From positions 137,888-169,887 of the forward strand of contig JAUWKS010000002.1 in the NCBI GenBank assembly GCA_030614005.1: a DNA stretch of 32,000 nucleotides, written 5' to 3'. The stretch comes from Candidatus Heimdallarchaeota archaeon (GTDB lineage: Archaea > Asgardarchaeota > Heimdallarchaeia > JABLTI01). Positions 17,578-25,803 of this stretch are shown here, piece by piece. The stretch's first letter is position 1. Each line of letters opens with the position of its first letter. The notes under the pieces are model-generated. The model was not told the origin of the DNA. It made no database searches and saw nothing but the letters and a program-made list of their open reading frames with translations. Position numbers and translations under genes: made by a program.

Positions 17578-18717
17578 CTATGCTTCAAGCCTTCTCGTCT
17601 TCGAGGTGGTTGTCCTCTCAGAGAGAGCAGTATCATGGTCAGTGAAGGAAAGCATCTCAGCATCCATAGCAGTATCAAGTTCTTCTCTTCTACTTGCCGA
17701 TAATGAGATAATTTCATTATGTATTACTAATTTTCCATTATAAAAGTCATTTATTGCTAAATTTACCATTAACAAAAGATGATTTTTCAAGTAATTTTTT
17801 CCATACTGGAAGGATTCTACTATCCTTTCAAGATTATCTGAAAGAAGGAGATAATTATAAAGTTTTAGATGATTAACTTGATTCACTTCAATATCTTTTT
17901 TTAATTGCTGAAAGTCAATCTTCCCTTTTGACTTGTCATAGCGAAAGGTTGTCTGGTATGGCTTCTTTCGAGTGATGTAAGAGGCAAGTCTATCGTAATA
18001 CTGCACTATTGGTAGGAGCATATTGGTACTTCCTTCTCCATTGTGGTGGTTTAGACAAGCTTCTCTAACTTCTTCATCTACGATGTCTATCTGTTGGAAA
18101 ATTTTACTGTTGTGTTTCTCTGTGTGAACAAAATCGTGTAGCATGAGAGCAATAAGCAATCTTTGTAATTCCTCAGGGTAATCTGCTCGTAAACCAGCTC
18201 GAATTTTGAATTTCTTATACTGCCATGTTTGATTACAAGAAGTACATCGTTTGCGTTTAGAATTTTTATCATAGATTGTTGTTGAATTCTTGCATTGAGG
18301 ACATTTCTCAGATAAAGGAACGGTTACAGTAGGATCTGTTTTTGTAAAATGCTTGATTTCACATGATTCCCAAAGGACTCTACCATACCCTTCAGCAGTC
18401 TTTGGACCCAAGAATGATTTCTGGAGAAATGGTTCTATTTTCCTCTTTAGCTGTTCTTCTGAAAACCCCACACAACTGATTGTAACAAATCCTCGGAACC
18501 CATGTAAGACCGTAGGATACTGATTCTTGCCATAGACCAATTTACCTATAGTTGAAAAGAGAGGTTTAGTTTCCTTCTTTGGATCTCCGACCACTTTTAC
18601 CAAACACCCGTGCTTCCAATATGTTGATTGAGAAACGACAATTGGATTCACCAACCGACCCACGAGTGTAGCAATTTTCTTTTGTTTTATTTGTATGTTT
18701 TCCATGCGTCTAAACAT
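17578..18717 (-). CDS. Cas5-like RAMP fused to a Zn ribbon and a Cas10-type (circularly permuted) HD nuclease
   Basis: RAMP Gly loop FLGPKTAEGYGRV; CPQC...CTSC; HD motifs LMLHDF, CLNHH, YYDRLAS, and a downstream LKNHLLLMVNLA. Overlaps the cas7 stop. The Cas5 versus other RAMP subfamily assignment is inferred from size and position. Confidence 0.7.
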   Translation of the reverse strand: MFRRMENIQIKQKKIATLVGRLVNPIVVSQSTYWKHGCLVKVVGDPKKETKPLFSTIGKLVYGKNQYPTVLHGFRGFVTISCVGFSEEQLKRKIEPFLQKSFLGPKTAEGYGRVLWESCEIKHFTKTDPTVTVPLSEKCPQCKNSTTIYDKNSKRKRCTSCNQTWQYKKFKIRAGLRADYPEELQRLLIALMLHDFVHTEKHNSKIFQQIDIVDEEVREACLNHHNGEGSTNMLLPIVQYYDRLASYITRKKPYQTTFRYDKSKGKIDFQQLKKDIEVNQVNHLKLYNYLLLSDNLERIVESFQYGKNYLKNHLLLMVNLAINDFYNGKLVIHNEIISLSASRREELDTAMDAEMLSFTDHDTALSERTTTSKTRRLEA

Positions 18718-19631
18718 TCCTGTAATAGTTGATTTTGATATGTAGTTCTTTCTTCCTCAATGATAGCTAATTTCCCATCACCATTTTCTTGCCCTAATTT
18801 TCTCTCGAAAACTATCTTCTCATACGAAACATTTTTTATCTCAAGACGACCATACCCACTATTTTCTCCTCGACCAAGATACTTTAAAGAAAAAATTCCA
18901 TCAATAAGTAGCCCAAGTAACCATTGTGGGAGAGATTCTGAAAATTCAACATAGAATTGAAACTCTCCACTGAAATATTGTTCACTAAAATCTTGCAAGA
19001 CTTTTCCATCTCTTCGTGAAGCATGACGATTCTCAGTAGAAACATGAACAAATGAAAGGCCTTTTTGAGCAGTGATTTTATTAGAAGGTTTATCGGTTTG
19101 TACGAGAGCATCAGTCCATACTCTTATAGGGGACTTCTCACCAAGCATACCAAATAACTGTCTTACAGGGCATGGGTTCTCTCCACATTTACCCATAAGA
19201 TGCTCGTTGATTAGTAAGGTTGGTTCATTGTTTCCTTGAAATCTCTCTTTCATAGTAGGAGAGCAATATTCAATTCCTCTGTTATGTAGAATCTCCATGA
19301 TACTATGTCTAATTGCACCACGAACGCCTTTAACCATCCGAGAGCTTCCAAGTTCTTCTTTAAGAGTAAAGACTTGAATTTTAGCGTCGTTTTCCTTTCC
19401 TTCTGCTTTAACTTTTAGCTCGTTAAAATCATCAAGAATCAAATCTTTGTTGGTTAAGAGGAATTCCTCTAATTCTGAAACCTTAACATTTGTTCTACCT
19501 TGAAATTGATAGGGAACGTCTCCCCCTTTCATAAGAAAGGAACTTTTACCGCTACTTCCATTAAGCGTTTTCGTAAACCAAGCATATACCTTAACTGTTA
19601 AACGATTGAAAGTGTGTGTCATAATCATCAT
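18687..19631 (-). CDS. cas7: Cas7-group RAMP (Csm3-like)
   Basis: KGVRGAIRH (cf. SLKGALR), C...CGENPCPVRQLFG, thumb STENRHASRRDG, Gly loop LGRGENSGYGRL. KGGDVPY lies at about the position of the Csm3 GGxD catalytic loop. Confidence 0.82.
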   Translation of the reverse strand: MMIMTHTFNRLTVKVYAWFTKTLNGSSGKSSFLMKGGDVPYQFQGRTNVKVSELEEFLLTNKDLILDDFNELKVKAEGKENDAKIQVFTLKEELGSSRMVKGVRGAIRHSIMEILHNRGIEYCSPTMKERFQGNNEPTLLINEHLMGKCGENPCPVRQLFGMLGEKSPIRVWTDALVQTDKPSNKITAQKGLSFVHVSTENRHASRRDGKVLQDFSEQYFSGEFQFYVEFSESLPQWLLGLLIDGIFSLKYLGRGENSGYGRLEIKNVSYEKIVFERKLGQENGDGKLAIIEEERTTYQNQLLQECLDAWKTYK

Positions 19632-19727
19632 ATAACATTAATGATTCATTACTTTTAAAGGTTTCTAATTAGTATTTTTAAAGAATGTTTATATTGCCGT
19701 ATTCAGTAATTCTAATTTGTGGTAAAA
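19632..19727. promoter_or_regulatory. Divergent promoter region between cas7 and the AbrB-like gene
   Basis: 96-bp AT-rich gap between head-to-head ATGs, with TATA-like boxes (TTTAAA twice, TTTATA). Confidence 0.45.
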
Positions 19728-19898
19728 ATGAGCGAAGAAATACCAAAAATAGTATGGAAAAGGAAAGTAATCTACAATTCTGGTTCATTTCGAATATCAT
19801 TGCCGATAGAAATAGCTGATGCTTTTGATATTCAAAAGGGACAACTACTACAACTGTCTGTTGAAGGAAAACGGATTATCGTCGAACTAATTGATTGA
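19728..19898 (+). CDS. AbrB/MazE/SpoVT-family DNA-binding protein (56 aa; missing from the ORF track)
   Basis: Translated by hand: MSEEIPKIVWKRKVIYNSGSFRISLPIEIADAFDIQKGQLLQLSVEGKRIIVELID*. Matches the swapped-hairpin pattern (RKV...S..I.LP.E.A..L.I..G..L......IIV). Confidence 0.85.
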   Translation: MSEEIPKIVWKRKVIYNSGSFRISLPIEIADAFDIQKGQLLQLSVEGKRIIVELID

Positions 19899-19934
19899 AA
19901 TTTTTAGCCATATTAATTTAATTATTCAATAATC

Positions 19935-20004
19935 TCCCATGTGGAGCGTCGTTTATCACCGTAGGGGATAAACAGCGACTGCATGAGTCTGCTCCGAGCA
20001 AGGA
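19935..20004. other. GC-rich structured intergenic segment (candidate ncRNA, oriT or terminator)
   Basis: Stem GTCG-TTTATC...GATAAA-CAG-CGAC (19948-19979), flanking CATG/CATG, and GGAGC (19943-47) complementary to GCTCC (19991-95). Confidence 0.5.
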
Positions 20005-20054
20005 CATTGAAAGAAAATAACAACTATCTAATAATAGTTAAATCAAAAAGGGAT

Positions 20055-21677
20055 CTAATTCTTTCCAAGTAATTCCTTCGCTAAACACGGTCGTAACTCT
20101 GGCTTAGATTCCCAAATTTCTTTTATCTCAGACGGGGACTTCTTAACGGTTTCTTCTGCTAAAGTTGTCCGCTTATCACACTCAGCCAGAGTGATCTCTT
20201 TTGCACACAGAGAGCATTTCTCAGCAAACGTTATCAATAACTCTCGTTCTTCTTGAGTTATATTCTTAACATCAAATGTTAATACAACAATTGCTTTTTT
20301 TAATCTACTTGTATCTTGCACTGTTTCTGTTGGTTCTTGCTTTCCTACTGAACTAATCTGTTTGTATTCCATTTCTTTAAATTCATCTAATATCACCAGT
20401 GCTAAAAATTGTTGTAATTCAGTTTCTTTCTTCCAGACTTTGGGGATGTTTTCAATCCATTGAGTGTTTTCCTCTTCTGTTATTCCTAACAGGCTTTTAG
20501 CTATACTTCTCTTATCAACAATCTCTTCTGGTGAAAGTTTAGCATAATCTATTGTTGCAGCTACTATCTCAAAAATCTGTTTTGCTTCATCTATCGTCTC
20601 ACTATCGGACAGAGGATAATGAGTCATTGTCTCTTGAGGTACTTGTTTATCCGGTTCTTCTTCCTTTTCATCTTGTAGTAATTTTAATCCCATTCGCTTT
20701 TTCTCTTCGAGTGTCTTTTTATCGACTTGGAAAATCTCTCCGTAATACCTGAAGAATACCTCCAGACCATCAATTTGATCAAACTTGCTTAAAGCTGTTA
20801 GTTCTCGTATCAAATGACAGATTGAACATAACAAGAACTTATCCATTAGCTCAGGTGTTAATTCCCATTTCGTATATTTTCTAAGATATAGCTTTACTAT
20901 ATGTCGAAGTTCTTTGATATTGTATATTCGATCGTGTAAACACTCCGCTGTAAAATCATGTTTATCAGTAGTAGAACAAACTTTCTGTATAATTTTAGTC
21001 AATTTAGGATCTCCTTCAAGATTTTTCATAAAATCAAAAAACAAAACTTCCGGGGGTTCGGTTTCCATCACTATATCTTCCTCCTCCTCCTGTGAGAATG
21101 CTTCACCTATCTCAAAAGAATCATCATCAAAAGCAGTTTCAACTGTTTCGGGAGAACTCTCCTCGATTCTAATTAAATCCGTTTTTTTATTATTCCATCT
21201 CTTATTGATCCGTTCTTCATAATCTTGGATAGTTGCATTATTTGCATCAATATTCATCAAATAATAATAAACTAATAACAAGTTAGTGAGCAATGATTTT
21301 ATTTTTGATATACCTACTTTTTTCTTTTCTCTCTCTTTGAGTATCTTCTTGCATCCAAGAACACAAAAGGTCAATATCCTAACTGAATTTTTCTTATGTG
21401 TTTTGTAGAATGTTAATCCCTCTTCTGTTCTACGCAGGTGTTTTATTATCTTACTCTCTATTACACTAATCGTTTCATCAATCAAGGTTTTGTTTAGTTC
21501 TCTATCACCGGTCTTTCCCTTGATGAATTGGCTGAGAATGATATTTTCCTCGGATACGTCCTCGATAATTGCTGACCAATCTTGCATCATACATATTGGA
21601 AAGTGGTCAATTGCTCTTGGACATGGAGCTTTGAATAACTCTTGGTAGGCTTTCTCAGTCTTGGAAATATTCTTCAT
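20055..21677 (-). CDS. Hypothetical helical protein (540 aa)
   Basis: The track ORF starts at 21749, but ATG 21677 (MKNISK) has a GGAGG RBS and overlaps the ATPase stop by 23 nt. Acidic linker DDDSFEIGEAFSQEEEED. No family recognised. Confidence 0.75.
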   Translation of the reverse strand: MKNISKTEKAYQELFKAPCPRAIDHFPICMMQDWSAIIEDVSEENIILSQFIKGKTGDRELNKTLIDETISVIESKIIKHLRRTEEGLTFYKTHKKNSVRILTFCVLGCKKILKEREKKKVGISKIKSLLTNLLLVYYYLMNIDANNATIQDYEERINKRWNNKKTDLIRIEESSPETVETAFDDDSFEIGEAFSQEEEEDIVMETEPPEVLFFDFMKNLEGDPKLTKIIQKVCSTTDKHDFTAECLHDRIYNIKELRHIVKLYLRKYTKWELTPELMDKFLLCSICHLIRELTALSKFDQIDGLEVFFRYYGEIFQVDKKTLEEKKRMGLKLLQDEKEEEPDKQVPQETMTHYPLSDSETIDEAKQIFEIVAATIDYAKLSPEEIVDKRSIAKSLLGITEEENTQWIENIPKVWKKETELQQFLALVILDEFKEMEYKQISSVGKQEPTETVQDTSRLKKAIVVLTFDVKNITQEERELLITFAEKCSLCAKEITLAECDKRTTLAEETVKKSPSEIKEIWESKPELRPCLAKELLGKN

Positions 21678-24561
21678 AAGTTTCAGTCCTCCAATTGTAG
21701 TTTTCTCCCTTAGTATCAAAACCATACGAGGAAGTTTGTAATTTCTCAATTTCAGAGTCGTAATCGATCAAAAAACTGAAAGCTTCGGTAAACGAGAGTA
21801 ATTCCTCTTTCATCAACCCTTGAAGAATCCATTGAAAAGCACATTTGGTCAAATTTCTACGATCATCATTGGTTACTGCTCTCTTCCCCATTTTCAATTC
21901 ATCATCAATGCTTGTATTAACCATAATAGAAAGACTATCAAGGAAATCAGAGAAATCATCATTCAATTTCACAGAGATGTTTTCCCAACCATCGTAATCT
22001 TGTATGACAAATCTACGTGAGGATTCTTTCAAAATCTGAGCTAATTTTGTTTTCTTGAAAAGAAGACAATCACCTTTCTCTGAGAAAAGAAAACTACATT
22101 TTGAGAGGCAATTCTGCCCTAAATTTTCCACCTCTTCTTTCAACCGTGCATTATCTTGCATTTCGATTAATTCAGTATCAGCATCTTCGAGCAGATATGA
22201 TTGGTTACTCAATTCAATATATTTTGGGTGAGATTTTAGCAATGAACTATACTCCTCATCGGAAAGCTTCTTTCTTGTCGGACGGATTAATTGCACTAAT
22301 CTAATGGGAAACTCCTCATTGGGTAATTTGACGTCACATTGGAATTTTTTGAGAGAGTGAATGTCACGGATATCTTCATAGTTCATGTTTAAACTCAAGA
22401 CACGGGAAATACAGGAAAAATTAGCAAAGAATTTACTATCAAAAATAAACTCGGTTATTTTTTCAGCGGAAACACCGATGAGAATAAAACCCGCACCATG
22501 CTTTCTAATCGCTGTAAGGCATTCCTCAGCAAATAACATATCAGCATCATCTTTTCTTTTATTGCCTTTTCCAGGAACAACGATTGATGCCTCTTCGATG
22601 AAAACCAATACTTCTAATTCAGCAGGAGCTGTTTTTAGCAAATAATTTTGTAACTGATAGAGAATGAGACTCCCTATTGCTCGTTTTGCAACATTGCTTC
22701 GCAAACTTTTGAGGTTAACAATGATATTTGTTTGTTTTAACAGATTCATATTCAAATTACTTTTATTAGCGAAAACGATCTCTCTCAGTTCTCGCTCGAA
22801 GAGATTGAGTTTATTGAGTAATGATCTCCTACTCCACTCGGGATTGATAAACTCGTTACGATTATGGTCTATGAATTCTCTGATCTTTCTTTTGAAAGAC
22901 GGATAATTTCTATCTTCTGAATTCGCTTTCACTGTTGTTAATATCCCTCCCCAAAGCATTTGCTTTTGAGCTGGCGTGAATTCGGTGAAGGTTGAGTCAA
23001 TGCTGAGCGTTTCGTGAAAAAATTTGTTGAGCGAAGTAATATGTTCATTTTCATTGACAAAGTCGTCTTGAAAAGGATTGATATGCAAAGGAGCATTGGG
23101 ATTGTTCGCTTCAAGTATTAAGAAATCAGGGTCAGTAGCGAATCTTTTTGCATGTTCACCGGAAAAATCAAGTATTATTTTCCTTTTCGTTGGATAGTTG
23201 GAATGTATTTGTTCAATAAGTGCACTTACCCATTCACTCTTTCCATAGCCAGAAGTGCCGAAGATCCCACAATGATGGATGAAATCCTTGTAACTTATCC
23301 GTAACTGTTCTCCAGTTATCGTTTCCCCTAAAACTATCGGATGAGTTTCTATTGGTCTTTGTTCCGATGGCGGGGTGGTTATATCCTTGACAAATGGTAT
23401 GCCCGAAATCGGTCTTCGATACACATCGATGATTGCTCTGCCAGAATAACCACTGATCAGTTTGTTAGTTCTATTGACAAGACGATGATTTTTGATATTC
23501 CGGAGAATATATTTTGGTTTTAAGCTCATTACTTTTATTTTGCGAGTGAAACCATCATAAGCAGAATCTAAGCTACCTAACAATTGATTTTGAGTATGTA
23601 ATACTTTATCAGAATCATATCCCTTGAGTACTACAGATACTTCGCCGTGAACATAGCCACTCGTTTCCATGTCTTCGGTTTCTGAAATACGGTGTAATTG
23701 TTTCTTGCTAAGATTTCGCTCCCGACCATCTTTATCTGTGGTTCTGGGAAGCGTTTTCTTACGAAGCCAAAATTTAAGTTTAGAACCTTGGCGTAGATTA
23801 CTAAAAGTATGGATCTCAACATCTTGACTTAACTTTACTATTCTTTCCACAAGTCCATCTACAGGGGTAACAAATTTCTTTATGTGCTGATTTGCAGGTT
23901 CACCAACAATACTTAATCCTTTCACTTGGAATTTAGTAGGATTACCATACTGTAAATCTAAATCCTTCTGATAGTCATCAAAATCTCCTTTTTCAAAAGG
24001 AACGATTTCCATTCCGAAATTGCTGAATGTTCCTGCTAAACGATAAAAAATATCTGACGAGGACGGATAAAAAAATATTCTTGCTTGTGACGCATAGATA
24101 CAAATTTTCTCTATTCTGCCCTTAGAAGCTTTTTGATGAATTGTTACTTGTTTGAAATTCTTCGCAAGAGCTTTTGAAAGAGAAGCATTGGTAAAGTCAG
24201 TAGAATCTTCATATTCTCCTATTTGCTCGGTTGATATTCGAGTGACTTTGGCTAAAATAACTCTCTCTCTTTGAAATAGAATAATTATTCCCTTAATTAA
24301 CAGCCACAATAATATACCTACTACTACTGTCACTATTATTATCAAACATATATTGATTATAAGATTTAGCAGTTTAACAGTATATAATTTACTAAAATTC
24401 TGAAAATAACTCTTGCCAAAATTATAGTTAAAGAAGAACTTATCCGCAATTCTATAACCAATAAAAAATCCTAAAACCGCTAAACTGATAAACGAAAAAC
24501 CAATTAATAACTCAGTTTTTGGACTTTTTCTAAAACTATAATATTTTCCATTCGAATCCAT
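21655..24561 (-). CDS. Membrane-anchored HerA/FtsK/VirB4-VirD4-like P-loop ATPase (DUF87-type)
   Basis: Two N-terminal TM helices, HCGIFGTSGYGKS (Walker A), IILDFSGEH, LHINPF, VFIEEAS (Walker B), IRKHGAGFILI. Confidence 0.85.
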   Translation of the reverse strand: MDSNGKYYSFRKSPKTELLIGFSFISLAVLGFFIGYRIADKFFFNYNFGKSYFQNFSKLYTVKLLNLIINICLIIIVTVVVGILLWLLIKGIIILFQRERVILAKVTRISTEQIGEYEDSTDFTNASLSKALAKNFKQVTIHQKASKGRIEKICIYASQARIFFYPSSSDIFYRLAGTFSNFGMEIVPFEKGDFDDYQKDLDLQYGNPTKFQVKGLSIVGEPANQHIKKFVTPVDGLVERIVKLSQDVEIHTFSNLRQGSKLKFWLRKKTLPRTTDKDGRERNLSKKQLHRISETEDMETSGYVHGEVSVVLKGYDSDKVLHTQNQLLGSLDSAYDGFTRKIKVMSLKPKYILRNIKNHRLVNRTNKLISGYSGRAIIDVYRRPISGIPFVKDITTPPSEQRPIETHPIVLGETITGEQLRISYKDFIHHCGIFGTSGYGKSEWVSALIEQIHSNYPTKRKIILDFSGEHAKRFATDPDFLILEANNPNAPLHINPFQDDFVNENEHITSLNKFFHETLSIDSTFTEFTPAQKQMLWGGILTTVKANSEDRNYPSFKRKIREFIDHNRNEFINPEWSRRSLLNKLNLFERELREIVFANKSNLNMNLLKQTNIIVNLKSLRSNVAKRAIGSLILYQLQNYLLKTAPAELEVLVFIEEASIVVPGKGNKRKDDADMLFAEECLTAIRKHGAGFILIGVSAEKITEFIFDSKFFANFSCISRVLSLNMNYEDIRDIHSLKKFQCDVKLPNEEFPIRLVQLIRPTRKKLSDEEYSSLLKSHPKYIELSNQSYLLEDADTELIEMQDNARLKEEVENLGQNCLSKCSFLFSEKGDCLLFKKTKLAQILKESSRRFVIQDYDGWENISVKLNDDFSDFLDSLSIMVNTSIDDELKMGKRAVTNDDRRNLTKCAFQWILQGLMKEELLSFTEAFSFLIDYDSEIEKLQTSSYGFDTKGENYNWRTETYEEYFQD

Positions 24562-24570
24562 TTATTTTCA

Positions 24571-24622
24571 CTCTCGAGAGTTACCACTAATACTTCGACA
24601 ATAAGTTTCTACTCGAGAGTTA
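24571..24622. promoter_or_regulatory. Direct repeat CTCGAGAGTTA x2 upstream of the ATPase gene (candidate operator)
   Basis: Copies at 24573-24583 and 24612-24622 (39-bp period). The first lies in the palindrome CTCTCGAGAG (24571-24580). Confidence 0.4.
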
Positions 24623-24964
24623 AAAACACCACAAATTTGGTATTGTAATTCTTAAGGTTTATATTATAAAATAATACAAAATATTCTGGTAATGATTTTT
24701 TATGTCACACAAGGAGAAACAAGCACAGATAATTGGGATTTTATTTTTTCTAATCACATTAGCATCTGGATTTACAAACATATTTGCACCAGTATGGTCG
24801 TTTAGAACACATCTATAATAATCGTCTCTACGATAATTGGTTTTATTATTACTTTCATCTTTCAATTTTTCGCAAGTGAAATTTTAGGCATTCGATTTAA
24901 TAGTTTAGGAAATCTTACTATAAAGTACAAGTTTACAGCTAAGCAATTCCGATTAGGATTTACA

Positions 24965-25156
24965 ATGATACAATTTATCATAACAGTCTTTATTGTATTT
25001 GTAATTGATGAACTACTTGGAAATTTCATCGAGAATTTGGCTATAGGCTATGCTGCAACACCTGCACCAATTGTTTTTGGGATAATATCTTTTGGTGTTG
25101 CATTATTCCTACTGTTTATAGGAATCATCTATTACTTTGATGTTGAATTCAACTAA
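24965..25156 (+). CDS. Small two-TM membrane protein
   Basis: 63-aa ORF with two hydrophobic helices. Confidence 0.55.
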   Translation: MIQFIITVFIVFVIDELLGNFIENLAIGYAATPAPIVFGIISFGVALFLLFIGIIYYFDVEFN

Positions 25157-25300
25157 AGTTTAGAAACACTTGGTTTCTAAGATATGTTTGTTTTTTTTAG
25201 ATTTACAAGTTTGAATATAAAACTAAGAACATTGCAAACAATAAATGAATTTTTAAAATAATGATTTAGACTTTCTGAAAAAAAAAGAAGAAGAAGAAAA

Positions 25301-25717
25301 TTAGAGGTTTATGTAAGGATCTCTAAGGACTATAATCATAATTATTATACTAATATGTATAATAACGCCAATCGAGTTGAAAACTAATCCAATAATAGCT
25401 CTTTTTTTTCTCCCCTTTTTAACACTAATCGCTCCCAGAACGACTCCAACAACAACAAAAAATAATAAAACACTGTTGATTATTTTCAAACTAAGCAAGC
25501 CACCAAGCCAGCGACCGAAAAAATCAAATAGTATTACAAACCAAGAAAAGAGACCAATCTCAAAACAACCGATTACCAAAGATAGAGTTGAAAAAAGGGT
25601 GTAATGAGTATTGAGTTGATTTACTCTTTTAATGGTTTCACCACAAGAGGGACAAGTAGTACTCTCTTGATCAACTTTCTCACCACAATTAGTACATTTT
25701 CTTTTCATAATAATCAC
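25301..25717 (-). CDS. Double zinc-ribbon + multi-TM protein
   Basis: CTNCG...CPSCG followed by three hydrophobic helices. Confidence 0.75.
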   Translation of the reverse strand: MIIMKRKCTNCGEKVDQESTTCPSCGETIKRVNQLNTHYTLFSTLSLVIGCFEIGLFSWFVILFDFFGRWLGGLLSLKIINSVLLFFVVVGVVLGAISVKKGRKKRAIIGLVFNSIGVIIHISIIIMIIVLRDPYINL

Positions 25718-25803
25718 CTATTTTTTCTAAATATTTTTTTTTCATTATTTATTTTTTGTTAATTATCTATTAGAATAAAAAAAGAAAAATGTTTGGAAAT
25801 ATT

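Noticed and set aside
19935-20004. tRNA
   Set aside because: Right length, but no TTC/T-loop, D-loop or cloverleaf pairing found on either strand.
277-23822. Many 60-115-aa ORFs antisense to or nested in long genes (e.g. 277-552, 3227-3529, 3608-3952, 12094-12441, 20914-21222)
   Set aside because: Shadow frames of well-supported genes with no motifs of their own.
24659-24865. 68-aa TTG-started ORF
   Set aside because: No motif, weak start and low-complexity AT-rich sequence; cannot be supported as a gene.
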